From Carcharhinus longimanus (taxonomy: Eukaryota), in NCBI GenBank assembly GCA_030264375.1, contig JASCQW010000105.1, positions 44,794,727-44,858,448 on the forward strand: a stretch of DNA of 63,722 nucleotides, given 5' to 3'. The position numbers were made by a program, and so were the translations under genes. Below are positions 37,220 to 49,297 of the stretch, piece after piece (position 1 is the first letter of the stretch; each line of letters starts with the position of its first letter). The notes under the pieces were generated by a model. The model saw only the letters and a list, made by a program, of their open reading frames with translations. It searched no databases and was not told the DNA's origin.

Positions 37220-37570
37220 TTTTTTTGTTCATTTTTGTGATATGGGATTCACAGATTGGCTGGAATCTATTGCCTATTCACAATTGCCCTTGAAATGGTG
37301 GTGATGAGCTGCCTTCTTGAATCACTTCCATAGAACAAAGAAGCCCTACAGTGCAGAAGGAGACCATTCGTCCCATTGAGCCTGCACTGACAACAATCCC
37401 ACCTCGGCCTTATCCCATAACCGCAAGCATTTATCCTGCTACATGATGGGGCAATTTAGCATGGTCAATTAACCTAATCTGTACATCTTTGGACTGTAGT
37501 CATGTGGTATAGGTACACCAGGAATATTATTAGGAAAGGAATTCCAGGATTTTGACTCAGCAACAGAAAA
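37220..37570 (-). mobile_element. 3' tail of the second CR1-clade family, split by a partial HE1 SINE (37330-37497, minus)
   Basis: ttgcccttgaaatggtggtgatgagctgccttcttgaa...catgtggtataggtacac is the reverse complement of the 9050-9199 tail. Confidence 0.75.
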
Positions 37571-37583
37571 GGAACAGCCATGG

Positions 37584-38398
37584 GTGGAGGCGATTTTCAG
37601 CCCATTTTGTTGTCAGAAGGAACAGCGACGCAGGCAGAAAATCCTACGAGAATTGGAAAATGGGATTCTCTGCAGCAATTTCCAATTTTCCATGCTCCTC
37701 ACTGGCGATGCAATGTGGTTTACACTCAGAAAGGGTGGGAGCCTCATTTTAATAGACTCACCGAGCCCCCACCACATAATACCTGTCCACTGAATATTTA
37801 AACTTTGTCGACATAATATCACAACAGCTTTTTAAAAATGAGCTTCANNNNNNNNNNNNNNNNNNNNNNNNNNNNNNNNNNNNNNNNNNNNNNNNNNNNN
37901 NNNNNNNNNNNNNNNNNNNNNNNNNNNNNNNNNNNNNNNNNNNNNNNCTTCAGTCAAAGGGATCCCTCCAAGGGCGCAAAGTTAACTATAGCCCCCCCAG
38001 TGGTGGTGAGGGACATGCCCAGGTAGTGCCCTTGCACTACCCTGGTACAGCTTGGCATAATTTTCAACATGTACCAAGGTGAGGTGTCAGGGTACAGTGC
38101 TGGAGTGGATGATCATGGAAATTCCATGGAGGAAGTTCCAGTTCTGTGTGGTTGGGAGAGTGATCTTAGAGGGGGGGGGGGTCACTAGCGCTATTTCTGT
38201 GGTGGTATTGGGGGGCGCTCAATAATTGTGCTAGGGTGAGGGAGAGCCTGAGTGATAGCATAAACCCCATCCACTCATTTTCTTTAGTTAGAGAGTCTCA
38301 AGATCTGGGCAGGAAATTGGTATGTTTAGTTGGAGAGCTGCACACCTGTTTTCAGTCTGAGCTTGATAATTGGAAAAAAGCCAGATAAGATTCCTCCG
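37584..38398. mobile_element. Non-autonomous Harbinger-like element, about 0.8 kb family
   Basis: Ends ggaggcgattttc and aagattcctcc. Subterminal sequence shared with 46033-46834 and, inverted, with 58863-59490. Confidence 0.65.
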
Positions 38399-38419
38399 AA
38401 AGTTTCAAGTCAAGTGCAT

Positions 38420-38905
38420 GGGCATCTGCATGGTAGTTGTAGTTTAATGTGGATAAACGTGAGGTTATCCACGTTGGTAGCAATAATAGGAAGACAGATT
38501 TATTACTCGGATGAGTGTTAATTGAGAGAGGAGGGTGCTCAACAAGATCTTGGAGTCCTTGTGCATCAGTTGCTGAAAGTAAACGCACAGGTACAGCTGG
38601 TAGTAAAGAAGGCAAATGGTATTTTGGCCTTCATATCGAGAGGAATTGAGTATAGGAATAGGGATGTTTTGCTGCACTCATTTAGGATGGTGGTGAGGTT
38701 ACACCTGGAATATTGTGTTTTGGTGTCCTTGCTATAGAGGGAGTACAGCAAAGGTTCATCAGGCTGATACCTGGGCTGGCAGATCTGTCATATGATGAGA
38801 GAATAAATCTGTTAGGATTATACTCACTGGAACTTAGAGCAAGAGGGGATCTCATAGAAACTTATAAAATTCTAATTAGGTTAGACAGAGTAGATTCAGA
38901 ATGTT
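38420..38905 (+). mobile_element. CR1 ORF2 C-terminal fragment
   Basis: QQDLGVLVHQLLKV...KANGILAFISRGIEYRN...HLEYCV and LSYDERINLLGLYSLE..RGDLIETYKIL. Confidence 0.92.
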
Positions 38906-40085
38906 CCCAATTGTTGCAAATGGTGCTGAACATTGTGCATTCATCAAAAAACCTCCCCACTTCTGACCTGATAATGGAGGAAAGGTCACTGATGAGGTAG
39001 CCAAAGGTGGTTGGGCCTCGGACATTACCGTGAGGAACTGCTACAGTCAAGTCCTGGTACCTAAATAATTGGATTCCAACAATTACAATCTTCTCCCTTT
39101 GTGCTAGATCCACTCCAACTAGTGGATAATATTCCCCATGATTCCCATTTACTTCAGTTTTGTGAAGACTCCTTGATGACACAATCAGTTAAATGCTGCT
39201 TTGATGTCAAGGCAGTCACTCTCCCCTCACCTCTTGAGTTCTGCTCTTTTGTTCATGTTTTGACCAAGGCCCTAATGACGTCAGGTGCTGAGTGGCTCTG
39301 GAAGAACCTAAAATAAGCACTCAACCCTTAATGACCCCTTCCATCAATTTGCTGATAATCAAGATGAGGCTAATGGGGCAGTAATGACAAGGTTAGATTT
39401 GTCTTGATTTTTGTAGACAGGACATACTTGGGCAATTTTCCACATTACAGGGTAGATGTCAGTGTTACAGATGTAGTGGAACAGCTTGGCTAGGGGAGCA
39501 GCTGGTTCTTTGGCATGTGTCCCACGTACAATTGCCAGAACCTTGTCAAACTCACTGCCTATACATATAAAATGCCTTCAACAATTTCTTGATTTCATTT
39601 GGAATGAATCAAATTGGCTCAAGACTGACATCTGTGATGCTAAGGACACAGTAAGAGGTCAAGGTGTACCAGCCACTCAACACTTCCAGCTGAAGATGGT
39701 TGCAAATACTATAGCCTTGTTTTTTAAAGGATGTATTTAGCTCCCCCATCATTGAGCAAGAAGATATTTATGAAACTCGTTNNNNNNNNNNNNNNNNNNN
39801 NNNNNNNNNNNNNNNNNNNNNNNNNNNNNNNNNNNNNNNNNNNNNNNNNNNNNNNNNNNNNNNNNNNNNNNNNNNNNNNNNNNNNNNNNNNNNNNNNNNN
39901 NNNNNNNNNNNNNNNNNNNNNNNNNNNNNNNNNNNNNNNNNNNNNNNNNNNNNNNNNNNNNNNNNNNNNNNNNNNNNNNNNNNNNNNNNNNNNNNNNNNN
40001 NNNTCCACCATAATTCAGAGCTGGATGTGGTAGGACTGCAGATCTTAGATCTCATCATTTGTTTGTAGAATCAGTTAGGTCTGTC
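38906..40085 (-). mobile_element. Second CR1-clade family ORF2 fragment (contains a gap)
   Basis: ISDLSSIIRSEVGRFFDECTMF (FADD region) and sequence similarity to 52755-53480. Confidence 0.8.
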
Positions 40086-40408
40086 TAGTTTAAGATATGC
40101 ATCAGCCAACAAATCACTTATCTGCACATTAGGTTCACACATCAGGAACACTTTCCCCTGATACTTACTGAGCATTTCATAGTCATTTCTCCCTTGTGCT
40201 TTTCCAAAGACAATAAGAAAACTGGTTCCTATTTTTGTCATTTCCTTATCATTGTTCACATCGCTATTTCAATCCCCACCATTCGTCAGTTTTCTGCAAA
40301 TATCCAAATTTGCATCCATAACTTTGAATCCTTATGCAAATAGGTTAACCTGGAAAAGATTAGCTAATGCTACGTGGTACATTAGAATTTTATTTTTCTA
40401 CATCACAT

Positions 40409-42150
40409 GTGGAATTTTCCCAAAATCTGACTAAGTGTCATCATGGAGAGAAAACCAGAGTGATTTGCACCAGTCTGGCGCAGGCAGGATTACAATTGTC
40501 CCACGCTTAATGCATGAGATTTCTGTTGGGGTGGGCAGATGGGAGTTGGAGCTGCCAGATACCATAGCTCCTAGTTGGAGAATCATGCAGTAATGAGAGT
40601 CTCCCTGGTCCTTCTGGCACGCCGGACCCTTGCCACCATTGGTCTGCCATCATTCAGTTCTCTTTGGGCTTATCCTCCGTTCCTTCCTGGTCCACCTCCT
40701 CTTTAGAAGAATCCATCTGGCCCTCCTCCACTAGAATGTTGCCCCACTGCTGCACCAGGTTGTGGAGTGCCCAGCGATCACCATGATGTGGGAGAGTCTC
40801 TGGGGGCTGGACTGCAGAGCACTGCCAGATTAGGTGCAGGCAGCGAAACCGAGTTTTGAACATACCAATGCAGGGCTTGGTGATGGATCAAGTGGCAGCG
40901 TGGGCCTCATTATAGTGTGTTGCTGCCTTGGTCCCAGGCCTCTGCACTGTCATTATCAACCATGACCATAGCGGGTAGCCCTTGTCCTCCATGAGCCAAT
41001 CAGGTAGCCTGGGGGTGGTCCTTGAAGACCCTGAAAGTAGCCAGGTGCCCCAGGATATAGCTGTCATGCAGAATTCCTGAATAGCATGCTCATATATGCA
41101 CGATGTTAGCCAGGTGATAGCACACTATTTGGACATTCAGGGAGTGGAACTGCTTGCAGTTGATGAAGGGAACTCCGTGATACCAAAGCAACATGCATAT
41201 CGTCTATATCTCCCTCCACCTGAGGCATACCGGTGATGGCAATGAAGCCTGAAGCCCAGGCATCTTGTTGGGACTGGCAAAGATCAGAATGGATGTGGTG
41301 GGATGCTCGGGTGTACAGGGCATCCGTGATCTCCTGGATGTATTTGTAGACTGATGCCTGGGAGATGTCACACAAGTCCCCTCGAATGACACAGTGGCAA
41401 AGAAGTTCAGGACTTCTGTGTCTTCAAGGCCACCAGGAGCAAGTATTCTCCTCCCCAAAAGGTGCCAAGTCCGCGAGAATGTGGCACAGGTGCCACACTG
41501 TCGCCTTGTTCAAGCAGAGTCTCCGGTGGCAGATGGTGACATGCAAGTGCTGTAAGGCCAAAGTCTCCTTCACCGATATCTTCTGCCACCCCTCTTGGGC
41601 TGAGGGTGGTCAGATCCTGACACTGGCCATGGCCCCTTGTTGGTCTCTTGCTGCTTCCAGCCTGGGTTAGCCTTGCTGCAGGTGGTGACATCAGTCAGCC
41701 ACCACCACAGCAATGACAATTACTGTCAGCTCAATCCCAACATTCATGTGGGGGGCGGGGGGAGAAAGAGAGAGGGAGAAATAGTCCACAAGTTATCCAA
41801 CCCTCAATTCTTCCCAGCACCCATGTCCTCATGATTCTGGAAACTGACAACCCTACACTATCATTCACCACCTCAGCTGGCTGCCGTCGATTATCACATC
41901 ATTGCCACAATGGCCACGGGCATTGCCCATGCCCCCTCATGATCATCAATGGTCTCAGCACAGCTGTACCCTCCCTTCACATGATATGGCATGATGTCTT
42001 CTGCACCCCCAATGCAGTTGCCTAATCGCTGGCGTGAGATGCAAAGCTGCCCCTCCAGATGGTCAGCACCCCTAGATACGGACCGCTGATAACAGAGGTC
42101 ATTAGCAGCAACTTGCAAATGAGATCATTGCATTAACATATCAAAATTTC
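40409..42150 (-). mobile_element. PIF/Harbinger relic with HARBI1-like DDE transposase pseudogene (about 40600-41560)
   Basis: VLNFFATVSF, CDISQASVYKYIQEITDAL, GMPQVEGDIDDMHVAL (GAIDGTHV), DKGY, FKTRFRCL and ALHN, then an acidic tail. Terminus gtggaattttcc. Confidence 0.88.
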
Positions 42151-42499
42151 CTCTCCTAATCAGTTACTGCTTAAGATGATGTCAGGTGTTTGTTATGATT
42201 TATCTGTGATTACAGCCAATACTATAACAAATAAAAGTAGCTCAAAAATTTTGTTGGAATAAATATCAAACATATCATTAATATTCCAATTAAGGTATAA
42301 TATAAATGGGTGAAGAACATTGCTGTACACTTTGAGTGGCATTGCAGGTCTGTTAATTGGCCAGCGATGTGATTTTTACATGTTTATTGAAATGTGCAAT
42401 TACATTACATTGAATGGAAAATCTCAGCAGGTCTGACAGTATCTGTGGAGAGAGAATAGAGCCAATGTTTCAAATCTGGATGACCCTTCATCACAGCAC

Positions 42500-42760
42500 A
42501 ACTTGAGCAGAAGTAGTACTGAGGGATGGCTGTACCATCAGACTTGCCATTTTTTGATGAGATGTAAAAACATCAAAGGAATATTTGGAAGAAGAACTGG
42601 AAGTTAACCTGGAGTACTGGTTTATATATATGTATTTTGATTCAGATTAGCTGGTAATTATCGCATTGCTATTTGTGAGAACTTTAATGTGTGCAAATTG
42701 GGTGCTTTATTTCTTAAACTACAACAGTGTTGTGTTTCAAAAGTATTTAATTGGTTATGT
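42500..42760 (+). mobile_element. Deu-domain SINE (SacSINE1/AmnSINE-like), diverged
   Basis: gtactgaggga...gatgagatgtaaaa...gaagaagaact...cattgctatttgtgaga...gtgcaaattgg...ttcaaaagtattt follows the recalled Deu consensus. Confidence 0.7.
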
Positions 42761-44027
42761 GCTAATCAGTTTTTATTAAATTTAATATTTTTGATAAGAG
42801 AAACCTTTACAATGTGCATGCTTTAGAAAATCAATGCAACTGAAGTGCTTTCCTAAATCAACACAGTTAGTGGAATCTTGAAATTTTTACCTGGGACATA
42901 TATGATCTGGGTGAATTGAATCTTAAATGAACATTAAAAATCATGGAAAATGGCTTTGAGTGCAATTCACTTACAGCTAAAAGTTTCCGATCNNNNNNNN
43001 NNTTTGTGCTGTTTTGCTGCACATTGCGCTGATATACCCTTTATATGGGTAATGAATCTATAATGCCTCTGCTAGCAGATTGATAGTCTAACTGCTAGGA
43101 TGGAGGTGGCTTGAGAACATTACCAATCATTCCAAACCATTCAAATGATTACACTGCAGTAGAGACCGAATGAATGAATGCTTTGAAGACCTTTCTTCGT
43201 TTGATTATGGACATACAATGCAATGAGGTAAAGTGTGACTTTAAAATTAGAAAAGATTTGGATTGCTGTATTAGTATACAGTGGAAAGTATTGTTTCTTG
43301 TATACTATACAGACAAAGCATACTGTGTATAGAGAAGAAAAGGAGAGNNNNNNNNNNNNNNNNNNNNNNNNNNNNNNNNNNNNNNNNNNNNNNNNNNNNN
43401 NNNNNNNNNNNNNNNNNNNNNNNNNNNNNNNNNNNNNNNNNNNNNNNATTTGCTGTAATTGTCAACTTTAAATTCATCTTCAAATTGCTCCTCTTTCATT
43501 CTAGCTCTTTTGGGAACACGTTTGCGTGATCTTGCTTTCCTTTCAGCTTCTGCCAGAAGGGAAACATTGACTGGTATCATATTAATTTTTTTAGGCTCCT
43601 TATATCAGATATTGATAGTGGACCCATCAGGTTGAATCACCAAAACAGGATACAGCCTAGCATAGACCTGCCTTCCAAAGCAAACTATGATGTTCTATTG
43701 GAATTGTTCTACCTGGGTTCGCTGACACAGGATACACAGCAGGAAGCAATCTTTCAGAAGGCACAAACCACCACAGCTGCTCACTCCAGCCCAGCAGCCG
43801 GGCGCGCTGCCTCCGATTTTTTTCGAACTGTGTATGCGGATCGGAGCCGGCAAAAAGCGTGGAGGTGCGCTGCAACGAGGATTCCCGGCTCCGATCCATA
43901 TTATACCTAGATCTGGCCCTTCAGCTCTGATTGGTAAAATCAGGCCCAGGGCCAATGAAATGGAGGCTGGTTTGCATAATGGAGTTGGCGTACGGTCTTG
44001 GACAGAGCAGGAAGCCAAACTGAGCTG

Positions 44028-44134
44028 TGATACAACCAGAAAGAATGCTTTCTGTGGTGCATCTGTAAAAGCTGGTGAGAGTTGTAGTGAACATGCTAAA
44101 TTTCCTTAGCCTCCTGAGAAAGTACAGGTGTTGG
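44028..44134 (-). mobile_element. Rex1/Babar LINE RT C-terminal fragment
   Basis: Minus strand translates to QHLYFLRRLRKFSMFTTTLTSFYRCTTESILSGC. Confidence 0.88.
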
Positions 44135-44550
44135 ATTTAAATAAATTGTTACAATGATAAGAATGAGTATGGTATTCAGGCTCTTCTGACTGAGAAAATC
44201 AAAGATATTTGGCAACTTATTGCTCATTTGGGTTGTGCTGATTCATATGATTCTTTATCATAAAGTCCTCATGATAGGCCTATTAAATATTCACACAAAA
44301 TCACAAAAAACACTATGGATTAATGTCAAGAAGCTGGAGTACTGGAGTTGATTTTAAATACGTACTACATTATGCAGACCACAAATAATGCATTTCTAAT
44401 GATTTTCATTTAATAGATGAAAATTAATACAATAAAACACTTAACTTAAAGCAAGACTGTCATGGTCAATTAGATATTTGGATTAAGACATTCATAGCAA
44501 TTGACAACTGGCCAAATTACTCTCCTATCTACAATTCACTTAGTCACTAA

Positions 44551-44872
44551 ATAGAAATCATAGAGTCCCTCCAGTACAAAAGGAGGTCATTTGGCTAATC
44601 AAAGCTCCACCATTACCAGTCCCACCCAAGTCCTATCCCTGTAACCCAACATATTTACCCTGCTAGTTCCTCTGATATCAAGGGGTAATTCTGCATGGCC
44701 AATCCACTTAACCTGCACATCTTTGGAGTGCGGGGAGAAACCAGAGCACCTGCAGGAAACCCACACAGACACAGGGAGAATATGCAAACTCCACATAAAC
44801 ACTCTCCCAAGCCCAGAATTGAACCCGGGTCTCTGGCACTGTGAGACAACAGTGCTAACCTCCAGGTCGCCC
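44551..44872 (-). mobile_element. HE1/V-SINE, tail type A
   Basis: Reverse-complement B box (gggttcaattc), V-domain and CR1-type tail ending ctctatgatttctat. Confidence 0.9.
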
Positions 44873-45194
44873 CAATTTAAGTCAGTATGCTACAGCAGGA
44901 AAATTGGTAAAATCTGCTCTTTTTGCTTCAAGATTTTTTGATTTTGTAAATGAAGTACGTGGCAAAATGCAACACAGTGATAATGAAGCAGAAATACATA
45001 AAATGAAAATCAAGATTTTTTTTCGAATGGCTGCCATCGCATTGTCATTTGTGTCAGATGTAAACTGATCTTAAACGCACAACACACATGCATCAATGTA
45101 ACTCAGGAGTTGCGTTCTGATTTGTCTCCAAAATTCAATGAAGCCGAAAGGAGCGAAACTATTTCCAATCAATCGTATCATACCACTCAACATT

Positions 45195-45212
45195 CACACC
45201 AGGGGTCAGCAT
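45195..45212 (+). promoter_or_regulatory. Candidate CTCF site
   Basis: CACACCAGGGGTCAGCA, in unique sequence. Confidence 0.35.
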
Positions 45213-45652
45213 TGCTTTGTGCATCCATTCCCATAGATCACTTTAAAACTGTTAGTTTCCACAGCTTTAAAACAGGCATTGATTATGGCTGAGGTAACAA
45301 ACCCACAATAGCATTATGAGTATACAGTCTCTCTGTCAACCTTTAACATAGGTCAGACCTTCGTCACCCAGATTTAAAACTGCCTAGTGGTCCACTGAAA
45401 GCAGCTAACAACTTAGTGAATGGTCTGAAAGACATAACACTCCTGCTGGCCCATTAATTGCAAATCCCAGTCCAAGAGCAGATATGTAAATCTAGTTAAC
45501 CATAACTAAGTAGCATTGTTTTGTCATTACAAGGCAAAACAACATACAATTCACAGGATAACACTTAAGTACTGTACCATATAGACACAATGAGACCTGT
45601 ATCTGGAGCAGAACAGCAGCATTCACAGTGTTCCACTGATTCAAAAGCCAAA

Positions 45653-45970
45653 GTAAAAAGTCTGACAACACCAGGTTTAAGTCCAACCGATTTATTTGAC
45701 AGTAAACTCACAAGCTTTCGGGGTTAGTCCCTTCGTCAGGTGAATGGAGAGTTCTGGCCTCAGACAGAGCATATAAANNNNNNNNNNNNNNNNNNNNNNN
45801 NNNNNNNNNNNNNNNNNNNNNNNNNNNNNNNNNNNNNNNNNNNNNNNNNNNNNNNNNNNNNNNNNNNNNNNNNNNNNAGTTCTGGCCTCAGACAGAGCAT
45901 ATAAAGCACAGACAGTTTACAGAGTACTGATTAGAATGCGAATCTTTACACCTACGCCAGCATATCCACA
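45653..45970 (-). mobile_element. Penelope-like element remnant with 12-bp TSD
   Basis: tcaaaagccaaa at 45641-45652 and 45971-45982. pLTR sequence caacaccaggtttaagtccaac...tttatttg and terminal catatccaca are shared with 55141-55325. Confidence 0.85.
45706..45745 (-). ncRNA. Minimal type I hammerhead ribozyme motif of a Penelope-like element
   Basis: AUUCAC-CUGACGA-AGGGACUAACCCC-GAAA-GC-UU-GUGAGU: conserved core, 6-bp stem I, short stem II and palindromic AGCU stem III. Confidence 0.75.
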
Positions 45971-46032
45971 TCAAAAGCCAAAAGCAGCAAGTGGGATATG
46001 GAGCTCAAACTCTCCATGTGTGGGATCTCCAG

Positions 46033-46834
46033 CAGGGGCGCAAAATCCAAACAAAACCAGGAATCACTCACTGGCGAGATTGTGATTTCCGATTGTCCCA
46101 CCCCTCATCAGCAACATAATCAGGTTCATAATGGGCATGAACATGAGTTTAAAACATTTTAATAAATTTACATGTAATTATGTTGTTACCTTGCTGCCTG
46201 ATCCCCCTCATGGTATATTCATATCTTGTCAACAGGTTTAGCCAGACATAAACCTGCTGAGAGCATCCCTCCATTGGCTATACTGACCTTTGTACAACCT
46301 GGCAATGCCGCTGGCACTGCCAAGTTGCCGGTGCCAACCTGTGCCTCGGGGCAATGCCAGAGCAGGACACTAGTTGCAGCTCCATGGAGTGGAGTGGGGG
46401 GGGGATGTTCAGTTATATGTAGTGGGGAGAGAGCAATTATTGTGCATGGGGGAAATGCTGGTGATCATTTTGTGGAGATGGGAGGATTGTGGGAAATACA
46501 GGCAATAATTGTGCATGGAGGGGCATTGGGGAAATGCCTGCCATCATTGTACCAGTGGGGGTGGGGAGAGGTGGAGGAAATGTCAATGATCATTTCGTGG
46601 AGGGAAATGATGGCAATCATTGTGGGAGGATGGGGCATGGAGGGATAGATCCAATACCTTTTCAAGATGGCATCCTAATCTGTGTGGAGCCTGTTGTTAG
46701 CTCTCAGAGACCCCACCTTACCCACTCATTATTTTTCTTTAAAGAGGCTTATAATCTGGAGAGAAAACTGGTCAGTGCAACTGGAGAGCTACGTGCCTGT
46801 TTTTTCATCGAGACTGACACATAAAATCGCCCTC
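46033..46834. mobile_element. Non-autonomous Harbinger-like element, about 0.8 kb family
   Basis: Ends ggggcgcaaaatcc and taaaatcgccct. Interior ggcactgccaag...gtgccaacctgtg is inverted in 58863-59490. Confidence 0.65.
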
Positions 46835-47039
46835 AACTTCTTGTCTCAATGACAAAGTTTGAAATGTTATGAAATTGTGTTTGCAATCCAATTCTTTCTT
46901 GCATTATGTCTCTTGTGAATGAGACGGTGCTTCGTCAATGCTAGGGCAGACATTCAACGAGTAAATTATGCATCATATGATGAAATGTCAAGCAAAGAGG
47001 CTGTCTAAACAATGCTTCCCATCCTGAAGTAATCTGCAG

Positions 47040-49297
47040 TTCCCCAAGTGGGCTTCACATCCTCCCTTTCTGAATCTTCACCCAAACATCTGACGTGCGA
47101 TTAATCAGTCTGCAATCCTCTGGTCATCTTCCCCCACCAAAAACCCTTGAGGCATTGCACTGCACGCTGGTGCCCTGACCCTCACTCAGGCACAGGCCCA
47201 GGTGTGTGTCTGCAGTCAGGACATGCAGGAATCAGACTTGGGCAGAACCAGGGCAGTATCACAGCTTGCCTCATGGTGAGTTGTCATCACCCATTCGCTG
47301 ACACCGGTGGGATCATGAGGGATGTGCTGCTCTGTTGGGGATTGTGGGTATGAGTTCTAGAGGGTGGTTGGATGTTGGAGCTGCTGGACACCACATATCC
47401 TAGTTGGTGAACCTTGCAGTGATGAGGGCCTCCTGGCATACCACACATTTGCAGCCACCAGTCCTCCATTCTTAAGGTTCTCCTCAGCCTTGTTCTCTGC
47501 ACTCTCCTTGTCTGCTGCCTCCTCAGAAGTATCTGCCTGGTCCTTCTCATCTAGGATGTCACCCCTCTGCTACAGCAGGTTGTGGAGCACACAGCTCCAC
47601 AAGGTAGGAGACCTTCTGGGATCGTATTGCACAGCATAACTAGAGCTGTCCAGGCAGTGGAACGGCATCTTGAGCAGGCCGATGCACCACTCAGTGACAA
47701 ATCGGGTGGCAGTGTGTGCCTCATTATAGTGGGTCTCAGGCCTCTGCACTGGCATCATCAGTTACAACTACAATGGGTAGCCCTTGCCCCCCACAAGACA
47801 TCCTGGCAGCCTGGGATGGTCCTGAAGGTCCCAGAGATATCTGAAAGCTCCAGGAAGAAGGTGTCATGCATGCTCTCTGGGTAGCGTGCACACACCTGCT
47901 TGATGTTGATCAGGTTTTGACACAATTTGGACATTTAGGTAATGGAACTCTTTGCAGTTGATGAAGGGTGCTTCCTGATTCCATGGAGCCCACAGGGTTA
48001 CATGGGTGGCATTTATAGCCCCCTGCACCTCTGGCATACTGGTGATGGTGGCAAAGTCTGCAGCCCAGAGGTCTTGTTGGGCCGAGTCTGGGTAAAAATG
48101 GATGTACTGGTATGCCCAGGTGTATAGGCCATCGGTGACTGCCCAGACGCACCTGTGAGCCCATGATTGGGAGAGGCCACATAGGTCCCAGCTTGAGTCC
48201 TGGAATGACCTGGTGGCATAGATATTCATTTCTGCCACCACCTTCACTGCCAGCAGGAGCAGGTTTCCCCCTCCTCCAGGTTTGCAAGGGCGTGACACAG
48301 ATATCATACTGTTTCCGCACGCAGGCAGGGCCTTCAGTACTATATAGCATCCAGCAGCTCATGGAAGGGCACGCAGCCAGAGTCTTCTCCTCCACTGTTT
48401 TCTGCCCTCCCAACCCCCCCAACTTGGGCCAATGGACGGTTGGGACCTGACACACACCAGCGGCCTGATGTTGTCCTGGAGCAGCCTCCAGCCTGTGTTG
48501 GCCTTAACATGGGCAGTGATGTCTGTCGACCACTATGGCAGCAATAATGATTGCTGCCAGTTCTCCTGGCTCAATAACAAAATTCATTGTTGCTCTGGGG
48601 TGGGGCTAGGGGGTTTGACTGGGACAACAGCTGCCAGACCTGGTGCTTGTAATTGTTTGTAGGGCTTGGGATGGGATGTCCATGGTTAACAACAGAGCCT
48701 GTCCAGCTGACCAATGGCAGAATGGAGGGTGCAACATTCATGGGATTTGAACTCGATCTTATGTGTCACCCCTCAGGGGTCTTTCGGCAGACACAGAAAA
48801 TGTTCACTACACGAGCCCTAACCCAGCAGTGACCCCCGAGCTGAGGTTCCCTGAGTCAGCCTGAGACCTCCCAAGCCCCTGCATCCAGGCCCCCTCCCAG
48901 CCCATCCCACCCTGCAGCATGGCAGTGGCTGACCATCCTCTTGCACTCTGGAGGTTGGTGAAGTGGTACTCATTTCTCTGATCAGCCTCACACCTGCTGA
49001 ATCAGATTTTATAAGACCCGTATTGATTTGCGCCCATGTGGCATCTCGCCAGAGAGGTGGGTACATTCTAGGACGGAGGAGGATCACGTGCTGAACTCAT
49101 TAATAAGATTGAAATGTGGTCAATCTCATGCTAATCAGCCTTATTCTGGACACGAACTTGTTCGAGCCATTAGAAAGAAGCCAGGAAAATTGCAACCTGC
49201 GTGTCGTTGGGCACAAAATGGACTTTTAGGCTTGTGTGCTATTCTCCAAGATCGGCGCAATCTCTGCTCGGCGTGGTGTGATTAGGGAATTGCCCCT
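47040..49297 (-). mobile_element. PIF/Harbinger relic with near-complete HARBI1-like transposase pseudogene (about 47420-48430)
   Basis: MNIYATRSFQ..CGLSQS..MPEVQGAINATHV..FINCKEFHYLNVQIV, GKGYP, YNEAHTATRFVTEWCIGLLKMPFHCL and CVLHN. Terminus agggaattgcccc. Confidence 0.9.

Noticed and set aside
39724-40058. ORFs containing long X runs (also about 20110, 24905, 43235, 61723)
   Set aside because: They read through N gaps and are artefacts.
43632-44109. Overlapping 80-107 aa ORFs on both strands
   Set aside because: Explained by local GC richness and a Rex fragment; no recognisable protein family.
47864-48307. Possible host HARBI1 gene
   Set aside because: Frameshifts, stops and a substituted catalytic Asp (GAINATHV), embedded in a TE with other copies nearby. 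It is a transposon relic, not a domesticated gene.
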